From assembly GCA_904501985.1 (NCBI GenBank), contig CAJGCT010000003.1, positions 4,809 to 68,808 of the forward strand: DNA of 64,000 bases. Direction: 5' to 3'. This DNA comes from an uncultured Clostridia bacterium (lineage in GTDB: Bacteria > Bacillota > Clostridia > Oscillospirales > CAG-272). Below, one piece after another: positions 8,586-17,967 of the stretch. Position 1 is the first letter of the stretch; every line of letters begins with the position of its first letter. The notes under the pieces were generated by a model. The model had not been told where the DNA came from and did no database searches. It was given only the letters and a program-made list of their open reading frames with translations. Position numbers and translations under genes: made by a program.

Positions 8586-9560
8586 TTACGATAACTTCTG
8601 CAACCGTATATCCTTGCCGGTGAAACGGTACACCATGAAATCGCCGAACAGACGGCTTGTTATACGGTCGCTGTAACGCTCGCGAATCTCGCTCTGAGTG
8701 AGATTCGTGCTGATTATCATTGACTTTCGCTGATTTATACGGGTGTTGATTATATTGTAGAGGCAGGAGACGGTGAATTGGTTCGCCACCTCTGTTCCGA
8801 GATCGTCTATTATAAGTAAATCGCAGTCGAAATACTTGTCGGTACGTACCTCTGAGGTGTCGCTGTAACCGCGCACGAAGCGTTCATATTCGAAATCTGC
8901 AAGAATGTTCTGAGATGTGTCGTAAACTACGTCAAATCCGCGCTCTATTACCGCTTTTGCCACGGAAGTTGAGAGATGGGTCTTGCCAAGACCTGTAGTG
9001 CCGCAGAAAAACATATTTTTGCCGTTGTTTTCGGCGAAATTGTCTGCATACTCCTTGCAGGCGGCAAGTGTAAACTCCATATTCGCGCGCTCATCCATTG
9101 AGCGGTTGTAAAAATCAAGGCTGAAGGTGTCAAAGCTCTGAGTGCGCATAAGATTGCCTATACCGGAGCTTTCATAGCCCGCAAGCACAAGATCACGGCG
9201 CATACAATCGCACAGCTTAGTGCCCACAAATCCGGTGTCACTGCATTTCTCGCATTCGTATTTAACAGCGGTATAATCCGCCGGATAGCCTATGGACTCC
9301 AGATACTGCGCACGGATAGCTAAAAGCTCGCGATTATTCTCACGGAGCTTGGCAATACGCTCCTCAAGTCCCTCTTTGCCCTTAAGTGATTCACGCATGA
9401 TGGAAAGACCCGTTTCGGAAAGAACACGGTCTATCTTAAGCAGTTCAGGATATTTTTGATGAAGCTCATTTGCCCGGCGCTCTGCGGCTTCCTTGGCACG
9501 CAGATTTTTGTCGGCATATTCCTGCCGTATTCTCACATAGTTTTCTTTGTTGTATCCCAT
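8586..9560 (-). CDS. dnaI: Primosomal helicase loader DnaI (DnaC/IstB-like AAA+ ATPase)
   Basis: N-terminal Cys cluster CEKCSDTGFVGTKLCDC, Walker A GTTGLGKTHL, Walker B LLIIDDLG. It sits directly downstream of a DnaD-domain gene, as in the Firmicute dnaB-dnaI operon. Confidence 0.8.
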   Translation of the reverse strand: MGYNKENYVRIRQEYADKNLRAKEAAERRANELHQKYPELLKIDRVLSETGLSIMRESLKGKEGLEERIAKLRENNRELLAIRAQYLESIGYPADYTAVKYECEKCSDTGFVGTKLCDCMRRDLVLAGYESSGIGNLMRTQSFDTFSLDFYNRSMDERANMEFTLAACKEYADNFAENNGKNMFFCGTTGLGKTHLSTSVAKAVIERGFDVVYDTSQNILADFEYERFVRGYSDTSEVRTDKYFDCDLLIIDDLGTEVANQFTVSCLYNIINTRINQRKSMIISTNLTQSEIRERYSDRITSRLFGDFMVYRFTGKDIRLQKLS

Positions 9561-9579
9561 GCTTTACCTCGCTTTGCGA

Positions 9580-10575
9580 TCAGGTGGCGGATTCGCTTTT
9601 TTTAAGATGTTTTTTGGTGTTTGCTACCGCCGCTTCGAAATATTCATCGGTTTCGAAGCCTGAGCCGGTCTTTTCGGCAGCTGCCTTGTTTCGCTGATAC
9701 TGTTCAAGTGATGCTTCCACCAGTGTTAGTGTGGTAAGACCGCTGTTATGCCAATTTTCAAGAATGCGGTTCATGTATGCTATCGTGTAGCCGCCGATAC
9801 TGTCTACTGTGGCTTCATAAGCTCTTTTAATAACGTCCATAGACAATTTCCACTCGTCTGACCATCTATCCACAAACTGTTTCTCTCTTGCGGTCAGTGA
9901 GCGCGATGTGCCGATTATAGACTTGAAACGCGAGTAGATCTCATCATGATGAGCACGCTGCTCTATGTACTCGCTGAGCTGTGCTGTGGTGCTGATATCC
10001 TCGTCGTGCATGGTCAGAGCCACTTTTTCGATGTATCTTGGAGATGTTTTGCCGTTTGCCTTACAGTAGGAGTACAGAGTTTCGATATACCCGGGATCGC
10101 TTAGTTTAAGATAGTCGTACAGGCACACGATAGAGGCGGTCTCCGCCGGGGTGAATATCTTGCCCACGATCTGCTGACAGGAGTCGATGATTCCTTTAAG
10201 TGCGCTGTGCTTTTCCATGGCATCAGCGGTCTGACTCTCCGTGTAGGTGGGAAGAGAAAAGGATTGAAGCGTTTTTGCGGCGGGCGCGGATGAATTTTCA
10301 GCCGCAGGCAGGACGGTGCTGTCTCCGGCATCCATAACACCTGCTCTGCGCCAAAAATCAAGGGCGCGTCCAAGCGCGGTCTTTGTGCAGTCAAGCTGTT
10401 TGCATATTTTTTCGCAGGCACTGTCGTAATCGGCGCGCAGAGAGTCGTCGGCTGCCGCAATAAGCAGTACCTTAAGCTCAAATTCCCGTGCGGATTGGAG
10501 AGACAGCATAACATTCTCGCGTGGAAGCGCAAAAACACTGTCTCCGTATTTGATTTTCAGTTTTTTTGCGCTCAT
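9580..10575 (-). CDS. DnaD-domain replication initiation / membrane attachment protein (Bacillus DnaB-type)
   Basis: Call rests on position upstream of dnaI and a DnaD-like C-terminal repeat (REKQFVDRWSDEWKLSMDVIKRAYE...NRILENWHNSGL). Start set at ATG 10575 after a GGAGGG RBS; the track ORF starts at 10608. Confidence 0.65.
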   Translation of the reverse strand: MSAKKLKIKYGDSVFALPRENVMLSLQSAREFELKVLLIAAADDSLRADYDSACEKICKQLDCTKTALGRALDFWRRAGVMDAGDSTVLPAAENSSAPAAKTLQSFSLPTYTESQTADAMEKHSALKGIIDSCQQIVGKIFTPAETASIVCLYDYLKLSDPGYIETLYSYCKANGKTSPRYIEKVALTMHDEDISTTAQLSEYIEQRAHHDEIYSRFKSIIGTSRSLTAREKQFVDRWSDEWKLSMDVIKRAYEATVDSIGGYTIAYMNRILENWHNSGLTTLTLVEASLEQYQRNKAAAEKTGSGFETDEYFEAAVANTKKHLKKSESAT

Positions 10576-10591
10576 ATTTCCCTCCGAGGAT

Positions 10592-11266
10592 TTATTTGGT
10601 AAGCTCATAGCAGAGCGTCATAAGAGAGTCGCCCATATGTACATTTTGTGTCACTACACCCTTGTGTGTGAGGTCGATTTCAGTGCTTGCGAAGTTCCAA
10701 AGGCCCTTTATGCCCATATCTGCAAGCTGTTCGGCGGTTTCGCGAACAACGGTTTTGGGAAGGGTAAGCACAGCGATATTCACGGTGTTATTTTTGCAGT
10801 ATTCTTCAAGCTCATCCATGGATTTTACGGTATAACCGGAAATTTCTTTTCCGATTACATCGGGAGAATTGTCAAATAAGGCTGTGAGTCTTATTCCGCG
10901 GCGCTCGAATATGGGGCTTGCGGCAAGTGCTCTTCCGAGGTTGCCCGAACCGATAATAACTGCACTAAAATTGTGAGAGACGCCAAGAATCTCGCCGATT
11001 TTGCCGTAGAGATATTTAACGTTGTAGCCGTATCCCTGCTGTCCGAAGCCGCCGAAGCAGTTCAGGTCCTGGCGTATCTGGGAGGCTGTGACGTGCATAA
11101 GCTTTGACAGCTCACCGGATGAGATACGGAGTATGTCATTTTGCAAAAGCTCACGAAGATAGCGGTAATATCGCGGAAGCCGCTTGATAACTGCAGGCGA
11201 GACATAGCTTTTGTTCTCGTCGGACGAAGCTTCATCACGGAGTTTGTCACGATTTTCCGAATTCAT
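10592..11266 (-). CDS. rex: Redox-sensing transcriptional repressor Rex
   Basis: The wHTH N-terminus RLPRYYRYL...SSGELSKLMHVTASQIRQDL and the Rossmann motif VIIGSGNLGRAL are characteristic of Rex. Confidence 0.9.
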   Translation of the reverse strand: MNSENRDKLRDEASSDENKSYVSPAVIKRLPRYYRYLRELLQNDILRISSGELSKLMHVTASQIRQDLNCFGGFGQQGYGYNVKYLYGKIGEILGVSHNFSAVIIGSGNLGRALAASPIFERRGIRLTALFDNSPDVIGKEISGYTVKSMDELEEYCKNNTVNIAVLTLPKTVVRETAEQLADMGIKGLWNFASTEIDLTHKGVVTQNVHMGDSLMTLCYELTK

Positions 11267-11338
11267 AAATGTATTCCTTTCATAGTTCTTTCGGGGAGAC
11301 GCAAACGGTGTGATTACACCGTTTGCGGATTATATTTC

Positions 11339-12508
11339 TTAAAGACTCTTAACGGTGTCCATTACATATGCGGCAAATTCGTCGCAGGTAGCACCTGTGT
11401 CGCGACCTGTTACCACATACTTCTTGTCCTCGAACATACAGTAGTCAAGTGCCTTTTCAAGCTTGTCAGCCTCATCCTGGCGACCGATGTGGGAGAGCAG
11501 GAGAACTGCCGCACGAAGCATGGAGCAAGGATCGGCGTACTTGCCGCGGCCTTCCTTTATCATCCTGGGCGCAGAGCCGTGAATAGCCTCGAACATAGCG
11601 TACTTCTTACCGATGTTAGCGGAGCCTGCGGTGCCTACGCCGCCCTGGAATTCAGCCGCCTCGTCGGTGATGATATCGCCGTAAAGGTTAGGAAGCACGA
11701 ATACCTTGAAATCTGTGCGGCGCTTTTCATCAACCAGCTTTGCGGTCATAATGTCGATGAACCACTCGTCGGTGTTGATTTCAGGGTACTCCTTGGCGAT
11801 CTCCTCGCAAATACGGAGGAACTTGCCGTCTGTGGTCTTGATAATGTTTGCTTTGGTAACGATGGATACGCGATCCTTCTTGTTCTTGCGTGCATATTCA
11901 AATGCGAGACGTGCGATACGGTTTGTACCCTCGGTGGTGGTTACGCAGAAGTCCACAGCAAGGTCATCGGTAACGTTTACACCCTGCGAGCCTACAGCAT
12001 AGCTTCCCTCGGTGTTCTCGCGGAAGAAGGTCCAGTCAATGCCCTTATCGGGAACCTTAACAGGGCGTACATTTGCAAAAAGGTCCAGATTCTTGCGCAT
12101 AGCAACATTGGCAGATTCAATATTGGGCCAGGGATCGCCTGCACGGGGGGTAGTGGTAGGACCCTTAAGTATAACGTCACACTTGTAAAGCTCTTCCATA
12201 ACATCATCGGGGATAGCTTTCATGCAAGCGGCACGGTTTTCGATGGTAAGACCGTCAATAACCTTGAATACTACCTTGCCTGCCTTAACTTCGTCGGCGA
12301 GGAGAAATTCAAGTACATCCTGTGCGGCTTTTGTAATAATCGGACCGATACCGTCACCGCCGCAGATGCCGATGGTAAGTACGGGGAGCGCGGTGTAATC
12401 TACGAAATCCTTTGCGGCGTTTATCTTTTCAACGCGCTCAAGCTGAGAGCGAAGAACTGCCTCGAATTTTTCAACAGCAGATTTGATGTTTGCGTCATAA
12501 TTGTTCAT
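11339..12508 (-). CDS. Isocitrate/isopropylmalate-family NAD(P)-dependent dehydrogenase
   Basis: Motifs GGDGIGPII, FRENTEG and NLYGDIITDEAAEFQGGVGTAGSANIG. The substrate (isocitrate, homoisocitrate or IPM) cannot be assigned by eye. Confidence 0.8.
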   Translation of the reverse strand: MNNYDANIKSAVEKFEAVLRSQLERVEKINAAKDFVDYTALPVLTIGICGGDGIGPIITKAAQDVLEFLLADEVKAGKVVFKVIDGLTIENRAACMKAIPDDVMEELYKCDVILKGPTTTPRAGDPWPNIESANVAMRKNLDLFANVRPVKVPDKGIDWTFFRENTEGSYAVGSQGVNVTDDLAVDFCVTTTEGTNRIARLAFEYARKNKKDRVSIVTKANIIKTTDGKFLRICEEIAKEYPEINTDEWFIDIMTAKLVDEKRRTDFKVFVLPNLYGDIITDEAAEFQGGVGTAGSANIGKKYAMFEAIHGSAPRMIKEGRGKYADPCSMLRAAVLLLSHIGRQDEADKLEKALDYCMFEDKKYVVTGRDTGATCDEFAAYVMDTVKSL

Positions 12509-12711
12509 TTTTTGTTACTCCGTTTCATAGAATAGGTATTTATGATTGGTGGGAAGTCCCACATTATCAACAGGGTTATCAACAGGCATATGCCTGATTT
12601 TTTTTAAAACAGTGTCGTTTTTAGAAAAAAACAGGGGATTTTACGGGATAGAACGTGAGTTTCCACTCACCTTTCCACAGGCTGTGGAAAACGAAAATGA
12701 GAAGCCGGCAA

Positions 12712-13719
12712 TTATTTTCCCGTGGCTTTTGCATTAAGCGAGGTGTCGGCACGCACACCTGCAAGGTACTCAAAGTACCCCTGCGCCCCAATCATTGCCG
12801 CATTATCACCGCAGAGTGAGCGTGGTGGCAGGTACAGTTTAAGCTTCCGTTTTTCGGCAAGAGCTTCAAGTGCCGTGCGAAGATGGGAATTCGCCGCAAC
12901 TCCTCCGGCGATAACAATGTCGGAGAGCCCTGTGGCTTCAACCGCCATAGTGAGCTTTTTCACGACTGATGACGTTACTGCCTTTGTAAATGAGGCGGCA
13001 ATGTCCTCTTTTACATATGCCTCGCCCTTTTGCTCGGCATTGTGCAAGTGGTTTATAACAGCGGTTTTAAGTCCGCTGAAAGAGAAGTCTAAATTATCGC
13101 CGATAACTGCGGCAGAGGGGAATTTTACGGCATCGCTGTTTCCGATAGAGGCAAGCCTGTCCATCTCTGCGCCTCCGGGATAAGGCAGACCCATAACACG
13201 CCCCACTTTATCAAAGGCTTCGCCGATGGCATCATCCCTTGTCCTGCCTACGGTCTCAAATTCAGTATAGTCCGTGACTTTTATAAGCGATGTATGACCG
13301 CCGGATGCCACCAACGCCAAAAACGGCGGTTTAAGTGATGGATGGACAAAGTAGTTTGCGGCAATATGACCGCGGATGTGATTTACGGGGATCAGAGGCT
13401 TGCCGTTTGCGAAAGCCAGTGCTTTTGCGAAATTTACGCCAACAAGCAGTGCACCGATAAGTCCGGGGTTTGATGTGACAGCAACAGCATCTATATCGTC
13501 AAGCGTTACACCGGCACGCTCAAGTGCCTCGTAGGTTATGGAAGATATGGCATCGCAGTGTGCACGGCTTGCAATTTCGGGTACGACTCCGCCGTAAAGC
13601 TTGTGTGTTTCTATCTGAGATGCGATAATATTCGAGCGAATTACACTTGTGTCGCCGTCAAATTCGCAAACGGCGGCAGAGGTTTCATCGCAGGAGCTTT
13701 CAATTGCAAGTATCAGCAT
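12712..13719 (-). CDS. tsaD: tRNA N6-adenosine threonylcarbamoyltransferase TsaD
   Basis: Opens MLILAIESSCDETSAAV, with the HxxxH metal site (NHIRGHI) and a Kae1/TsaD-type C-terminal half. It overlaps rimI by 20 nt. Confidence 0.92.
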   Translation of the reverse strand: MLILAIESSCDETSAAVCEFDGDTSVIRSNIIASQIETHKLYGGVVPEIASRAHCDAISSITYEALERAGVTLDDIDAVAVTSNPGLIGALLVGVNFAKALAFANGKPLIPVNHIRGHIAANYFVHPSLKPPFLALVASGGHTSLIKVTDYTEFETVGRTRDDAIGEAFDKVGRVMGLPYPGGAEMDRLASIGNSDAVKFPSAAVIGDNLDFSFSGLKTAVINHLHNAEQKGEAYVKEDIAASFTKAVTSSVVKKLTMAVEATGLSDIVIAGGVAANSHLRTALEALAEKRKLKLYLPPRSLCGDNAAMIGAQGYFEYLAGVRADTSLNAKATGK

Positions 13720-14191
13720 GGTTTTGATCCTTTTTTGTATTACGGTGAATTATGCGGCTCATAAGAACGGCATCCTCCCGTGGCTTTGAGTAGAAACCCT
13801 TTCGGATTCCGTCAACAGAGAATCCGTGTTTTTCATAAAGTGCCCGTGCCGCTGTGTTTGAAACACGCACATCAAGCATAAGCTTTTCTAAAGACTCCGT
13901 TTCGCAGAGCTTATTTAGCAGTGCGGCGGCGGCACCTTGGCGTCTGAATTTTTGCAGAACGGCGATATTGGTGATCTCACCCTCGCCGAGTATCAGATTC
14001 ATTCCGGCGTATCCGCATATTTCGTTATCTATGAGCGCAACAAGGCAGTGTGAACAGCCATTTGAAAGGAAATCCTCAAAGCTTTTTGCGCTCCATGGAG
14101 TAGAGAAGCATTCATTCTCAATAGCGCATAGCTGGGGAATGTCCGACACGGAAGCCGACCTTACGGTAATTTCAGTCATAGTGTGTGTCAC
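13700..14191 (-). CDS. rimI: Ribosomal-protein-alanine N-acetyltransferase RimI (GNAT)
   Basis: GNAT motif A (FRRQGAAAALL) and the standard position directly upstream of tsaD. Confidence 0.8.
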   Translation of the reverse strand: MTHTMTEITVRSASVSDIPQLCAIENECFSTPWSAKSFEDFLSNGCSHCLVALIDNEICGYAGMNLILGEGEITNIAVLQKFRRQGAAAALLNKLCETESLEKLMLDVRVSNTAARALYEKHGFSVDGIRKGFYSKPREDAVLMSRIIHRNTKKDQNHADTCN

Positions 14192-14814
14192 CTTGGCAGA
14201 TAGTCGTACATTACATCTCCCACCGCGGAGCAGGTTTTTGTGGAGCGGTCGTAGATGTAATTCTCTCCGTTATCCGCCTCAATGTACAAAAGATTGTAAT
14301 AGATACCCGGATATTTATCCGAAGCAAATTTGAGCTTATAGAAGTCTCCCTCCGGGATGATGGTGGTGCGCTCACCGTTTATAAAGGCATCTACAATATT
14401 TTCGATGTCACCTTTGTCGGAAACGGTGCCGATTCCGGTGGTTATCGTCTGCTCTACGCATATGACAATAAGGTTGGCATCAAATTCATCTATAGAGGGA
14501 AGCTCGTCCTCCTCGCCTGCAAAGTACACATAACCGATCCCCTCGAATTTTTCGCTGAGCCACTCAGAGGGGTCACATCCAACTATACCGAAAAGCTCCA
14601 ACTCCGGCTCGGTACATACCGCATACGGTTCAAGCTCGGTTGCGATAGGCTCAAAGCACATAGGGGTGATCATATATGTGATACCGCTTCTTTGGTCTGT
14701 AAGATTACCTTTATCATATGTGAGCGTCAGCGGACCGCTGTCCCTGCAAGATACGAGAAAGAGGGCGACTGCTATGAGCGACGACAGGATAAGTGATATG
14801 CGCTGTTTTTTCAT
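14188..14814 (-). CDS. Hypothetical lipoprotein
   Basis: MKKQRISLILSSLIAVALFLVSC gives a lipobox (LVSC). Start set at ATG 14814, 1 nt after the comEB stop; the track ORF starts at 14850. Confidence 0.6.
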   Translation of the reverse strand: MKKQRISLILSSLIAVALFLVSCRDSGPLTLTYDKGNLTDQRSGITYMITPMCFEPIATELEPYAVCTEPELELFGIVGCDPSEWLSEKFEGIGYVYFAGEEDELPSIDEFDANLIVICVEQTITTGIGTVSDKGDIENIVDAFINGERTTIIPEGDFYKLKFASDKYPGIYYNLLYIEADNGENYIYDRSTKTCSAVGDVMYDYLPR

Positions 14815-14815
14815 C

Positions 14816-15304
14816 TTAATATCCGAACTTTCCGGAAAGGCTGTCGTCATCGTCGATCCAGCTTTTCACATCAATACAGTTGTATGTATCGGGAGTTGTA
14901 CGGATAATAACCTTTTCAATTCCCGCATTTATAACAAGACGCTTGCACATCATGCAGGAGCAGGTATCTCCCACAAGCTCGCCTGTTTTTCCGTCGATGC
15001 ACGCCATATAGAGCGTAGCCCCAAGCATCTGATCTCGGGAAGCGGCGATTATTGCGTTTGCCTCCGCATGAACGGAGCGGCACAGCTCATAACGCTCACC
15101 GCGCGGAATGTTCAGCTTGTCACGCATACAGAAACCGAGGTCGGTGCAGTTTTTTCTGGCTCTGGGGGCACCGTTATAGCCGGTGGAAACGATGGTATCG
15201 TTTTTTACGATGATCGCACCGTATTTTTTTCTGAGGCAGGTGGCGCGCTCTGCCACGGTCTGCGCGATATCAAGGTAGTAGTTTTCTTTTGAAACTCTTT
15301 CCAT
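14816..15304 (-). CDS. comEB: dCMP (deoxycytidylate) deaminase, ComEB-type
   Basis: Zinc site HAEANAI ... CSCMMCKRLV (PCxxC-like). Size is about 160 aa. Confidence 0.85.
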   Translation of the reverse strand: MERVSKENYYLDIAQTVAERATCLRKKYGAIIVKNDTIVSTGYNGAPRARKNCTDLGFCMRDKLNIPRGERYELCRSVHAEANAIIAASRDQMLGATLYMACIDGKTGELVGDTCSCMMCKRLVINAGIEKVIIRTTPDTYNCIDVKSWIDDDDSLSGKFGY

Positions 15305-15316
15305 AGTAATCTCCTT

Positions 15317-16192
15317 TTATTTAATGGAATCGGCAAATTCAATCAGGAATTTTTTGAAATCCTCGCCTATTTCAGGGTGATTAACGGCAGATTTGACATT
15401 TGCGGTAAGGAAACCAAGCTTGGAGCCAAAATCAAAGCGCTCGCCCTCAAAATCAACCGCGGTCATGCCTCCGTTCGTGGCAAGCACACGCATAGCATCT
15501 GTAAGCTGAATCTCGCCGCCTGCTCCCGGCTCTGTTTTTTCGAGTATATCGAATATATCGGAGGTAAGCAGAACTCTTCCGAGAATAGAAAGATTGGAGT
15601 AAGCCTGTTCCGGCTTGGGCTTTTCTATCATGTCTGTAACGTGATAGGTATTGTCGCCGTTAGATTCGGCTTTAAGAGAGCAGTATTTGTAAACAAGCTC
15701 CCACGGAACCGGCTTTACTCCGCAGCAAGGCTTGCCATATTTTTCATATGCCTTTGCAAGCTGTGTGCATACAGGAGTTTCGGAGAGAATAACATCGTCG
15801 CCGTAGAGTATGTAGAACGGTTCATCTGCTATGAAGTTCTTAGCGGTGAGTACCGCATGACCGAGACCCTTTGTCTCTTTCTGACGAAGAAAATACACGT
15901 TTGCCATGGAACAGATGCGGCGCATTTCCTCTATCTCGGCATACTTGCCCGATTCGGTAAGCTTTTTCTCATATTCAACGTTAAAGTCAAAGTAGTTTTC
16001 GATGGTATCCTTGCCTCTGCCTGTTATGATGAGAACATCTGTGACGCCTGCCGCGGCGGCTTCCTCAACGAGGAATGAAATTGCGGGACGGTCAACGATA
16101 GGAAGCATTTCCTTGGGAACAGACTTTGATATTGGCAGCATACGGGTGCCAAGACCCGCAGCAGGAATTACGGCTTTTGTTATCTTTTTCAT
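15317..16192 (-). CDS. galU: UTP--glucose-1-phosphate uridylyltransferase GalU
   Basis: MKKITKAVIPAAGLGTRMLPISKSVPKEMLPIVDRP is the canonical GalU N-terminus. Start moved to ATG 16192. Confidence 0.92.
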   Translation of the reverse strand: MKKITKAVIPAAGLGTRMLPISKSVPKEMLPIVDRPAISFLVEEAAAAGVTDVLIITGRGKDTIENYFDFNVEYEKKLTESGKYAEIEEMRRICSMANVYFLRQKETKGLGHAVLTAKNFIADEPFYILYGDDVILSETPVCTQLAKAYEKYGKPCCGVKPVPWELVYKYCSLKAESNGDNTYHVTDMIEKPKPEQAYSNLSILGRVLLTSDIFDILEKTEPGAGGEIQLTDAMRVLATNGGMTAVDFEGERFDFGSKLGFLTANVKSAVNHPEIGEDFKKFLIEFADSIK

Positions 16193-16378
16193 TTTCAAAA
16201 TCTCTCCTGTGAAATAAAGTGTATTCTCAGAGTGCTGATAAAAACAATTTATCACTATATATTATAGCGCGTTTTTGTTAATAAATCAAGTGTTTTGATA
16301 CACAAAAACGGGGTGTAATACAGGAAAACGCTCAATATGTGAAAAAAACGGATAAAAATCACATTTAGAAGAAAAAAG

Positions 16379-16407
16379 TTGACACACATGTCAAGACATG
16401 GTATAAT
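16379..16407 (+). promoter_or_regulatory. Consensus sigma-A promoter (TTGACA-17-TATAAT); first of two promoter-like copies upstream of the MFS gene
   Basis: TTGACA at 16379-16384 and TATAAT at 16402-16407. The block CATGGTATAATATGC recurs at 16522-16536. Confidence 0.6.
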
Positions 16408-16608
16408 ATGCGCAGGGAATCCCGCTTCACAGGCTTCCACGGCTTCGCCGCTCCGCGCTATGGCGCGGCTGCGCAATTGACGGCTTCGCAAAAATGCCCT
16501 TGCAAGCAAGCATTTTTGCTTCATGGTATAATATGCACGGAAAATTACGGTGCGTTTTTTTAATGCCTAATGTGGGCTTCATATCCGCATAATGAGGGGA
16601 GTAAAACG

Positions 16609-17847
16609 GTGGAAAAGATTAAAAAGAGCAATGCTGAGCGCATGGCGGCATTTTTTATGCTTTTGTGCTCGGCTGTTTATTTTACAAGCTACATAACAAG
16701 AATAAATTACGGTGCAGTGCTGGTCGATATCGTGTCGGATACCGGCATATCACAAAAGGCGGCAGGCCTTGTAAGTACGGCGGCGTTTTTTACTTACGGT
16801 GTGGGACAGCTTATAAGCGGATTTATCGGTGATCGCGTGAGACCTCGTCTGCTTATTGTTATAGGTTTGTCTGTAACAGCAGTGTGCAATCTTCTTATGC
16901 CGTCGCTCACGAGCGCAGTTCCTATGATGGTGCTTTGGGGAGTAAACGGCTTTGCCCAAGCGATGTTCTGGCCGCCAATGGTACGCATGATGGCGGACAA
17001 TTTAAGTGAGGAGAATTACAACCGCGCCTGCATATGGGTATCTGCGGCAGCGTCCATTGCCACAATTGTAATATACCTTTTGGCATCCCTTTGCACAGCT
17101 CTCTTTGATTGGCGCTCGCTTTTTATAATTAGTGCTGCTATCGCTCTCACAATGGCAGTGGTGTGGCAGATTTTTGCTCCGAAAAAGGATCTGGATAAAG
17201 ATGATGAACCGGCAAAGATCACAGAAGATGCGGCGCCTACCAAAAAGGCGACTGTCGGTGCGGCTGTGGTACTTCTGCTTTTCCCAATAGCACTTGCCAT
17301 AGTTCTTCAGGGAATACTCAGAGACGGTGTTACCACGTGGCTTCCTACCCTTGTTTCGGATACCTTTAATCTGCCGTCGTCTGTATCTATACTGACCGGC
17401 ATAGCTCTTCCCGTATTCTCCATGATAAGCTATAATGTGTCGGCAAGACTTGAAAAGAGGATCGGAAACGAGCTTGTGACGTCTGCGGTGTTTTTTGCGA
17501 GTGCCGCTGTATCGGCAGGGCTTTTAACACTCATTCTTAACGTAAATCCCATTATATCCGTGCTTCTTATGGCGGTCATTACCGGATGTATGCACGGAAT
17601 CAATCTTATGCTTATTTCCCGTGTACCGAGATATTTTGACAGGTACGGAAAGATCTCCACGGTTTCGGGTATTGTGAACGCGTTTACATATGTGGGAAGC
17701 GCAATTTCTACGTATCTTGTAGCTGTTATATCCGAGGAATACGGATGGAGCTTCACCGTTTTATCCTGGCTGCTTATTGCGGCTGCAGGTGCGGTTGTAT
17801 GCATATGTATTATCGGCGCATGGCGAAAATTCAGGTATAGCAGATAA
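16609..17847 (+). CDS. MFS transporter
   Basis: About 12 predicted TM helices and the MFS loop motif GFIGDRVRPR. GTG 16609 follows GAGGGGAG (16593-16600); the track ORF begins at 16570, and the start is uncertain. Confidence 0.75.
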   Translation: MEKIKKSNAERMAAFFMLLCSAVYFTSYITRINYGAVLVDIVSDTGISQKAAGLVSTAAFFTYGVGQLISGFIGDRVRPRLLIVIGLSVTAVCNLLMPSLTSAVPMMVLWGVNGFAQAMFWPPMVRMMADNLSEENYNRACIWVSAAASIATIVIYLLASLCTALFDWRSLFIISAAIALTMAVVWQIFAPKKDLDKDDEPAKITEDAAPTKKATVGAAVVLLLFPIALAIVLQGILRDGVTTWLPTLVSDTFNLPSSVSILTGIALPVFSMISYNVSARLEKRIGNELVTSAVFFASAAVSAGLLTLILNVNPIISVLLMAVITGCMHGINLMLISRVPRYFDRYGKISTVSGIVNAFTYVGSAISTYLVAVISEEYGWSFTVLSWLLIAAAGAVVCICIIGAWRKFRYSR

Positions 17848-17852
17848 TAATT

Positions 17853-17881
17853 AAAACGGAGCTGTCTCGGCTCCGTTTTTT
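17853..17881 (+). terminator. Rho-independent terminator after the MFS gene
   Basis: CGGAGC...GCTCCG stem (17857-17875) followed by TTTTTT. Confidence 0.75.
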
Positions 17882-17967
17882 GCCATTTCGGATTTTTCCA
17901 ACCATGCCTTGCAATCGGTGTCAAAATGGTGTATAATATAAGTACTACTTAAAATTGGAGTCGTATA

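Noticed and set aside
8586-10575. The DnaC-like + DnaD-like pair next to a transposase, considered as a possible phage or IS21-type module.
   Set aside because: The ATPase has the DnaI-type N-terminal Zn domain, and the pair follows the conserved Firmicute dnaB-dnaI arrangement. There is no IstA-like transposase, and composition is the same as the flanks.
11141-12535. A 464-aa + strand ORF overlapping the IDH-family gene and the rex 5' end.
   Set aside because: It is the antisense shadow of a well-supported minus-strand gene. It has no RBS, and it spans an intergenic terminator.
16255-16524. An 89-aa minus-strand ORF in the galU-MFS intergenic region.
   Set aside because: It overlaps two promoter-like elements and GC-rich hairpins, and it has no RBS. 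The region is better explained as regulatory or non-coding.
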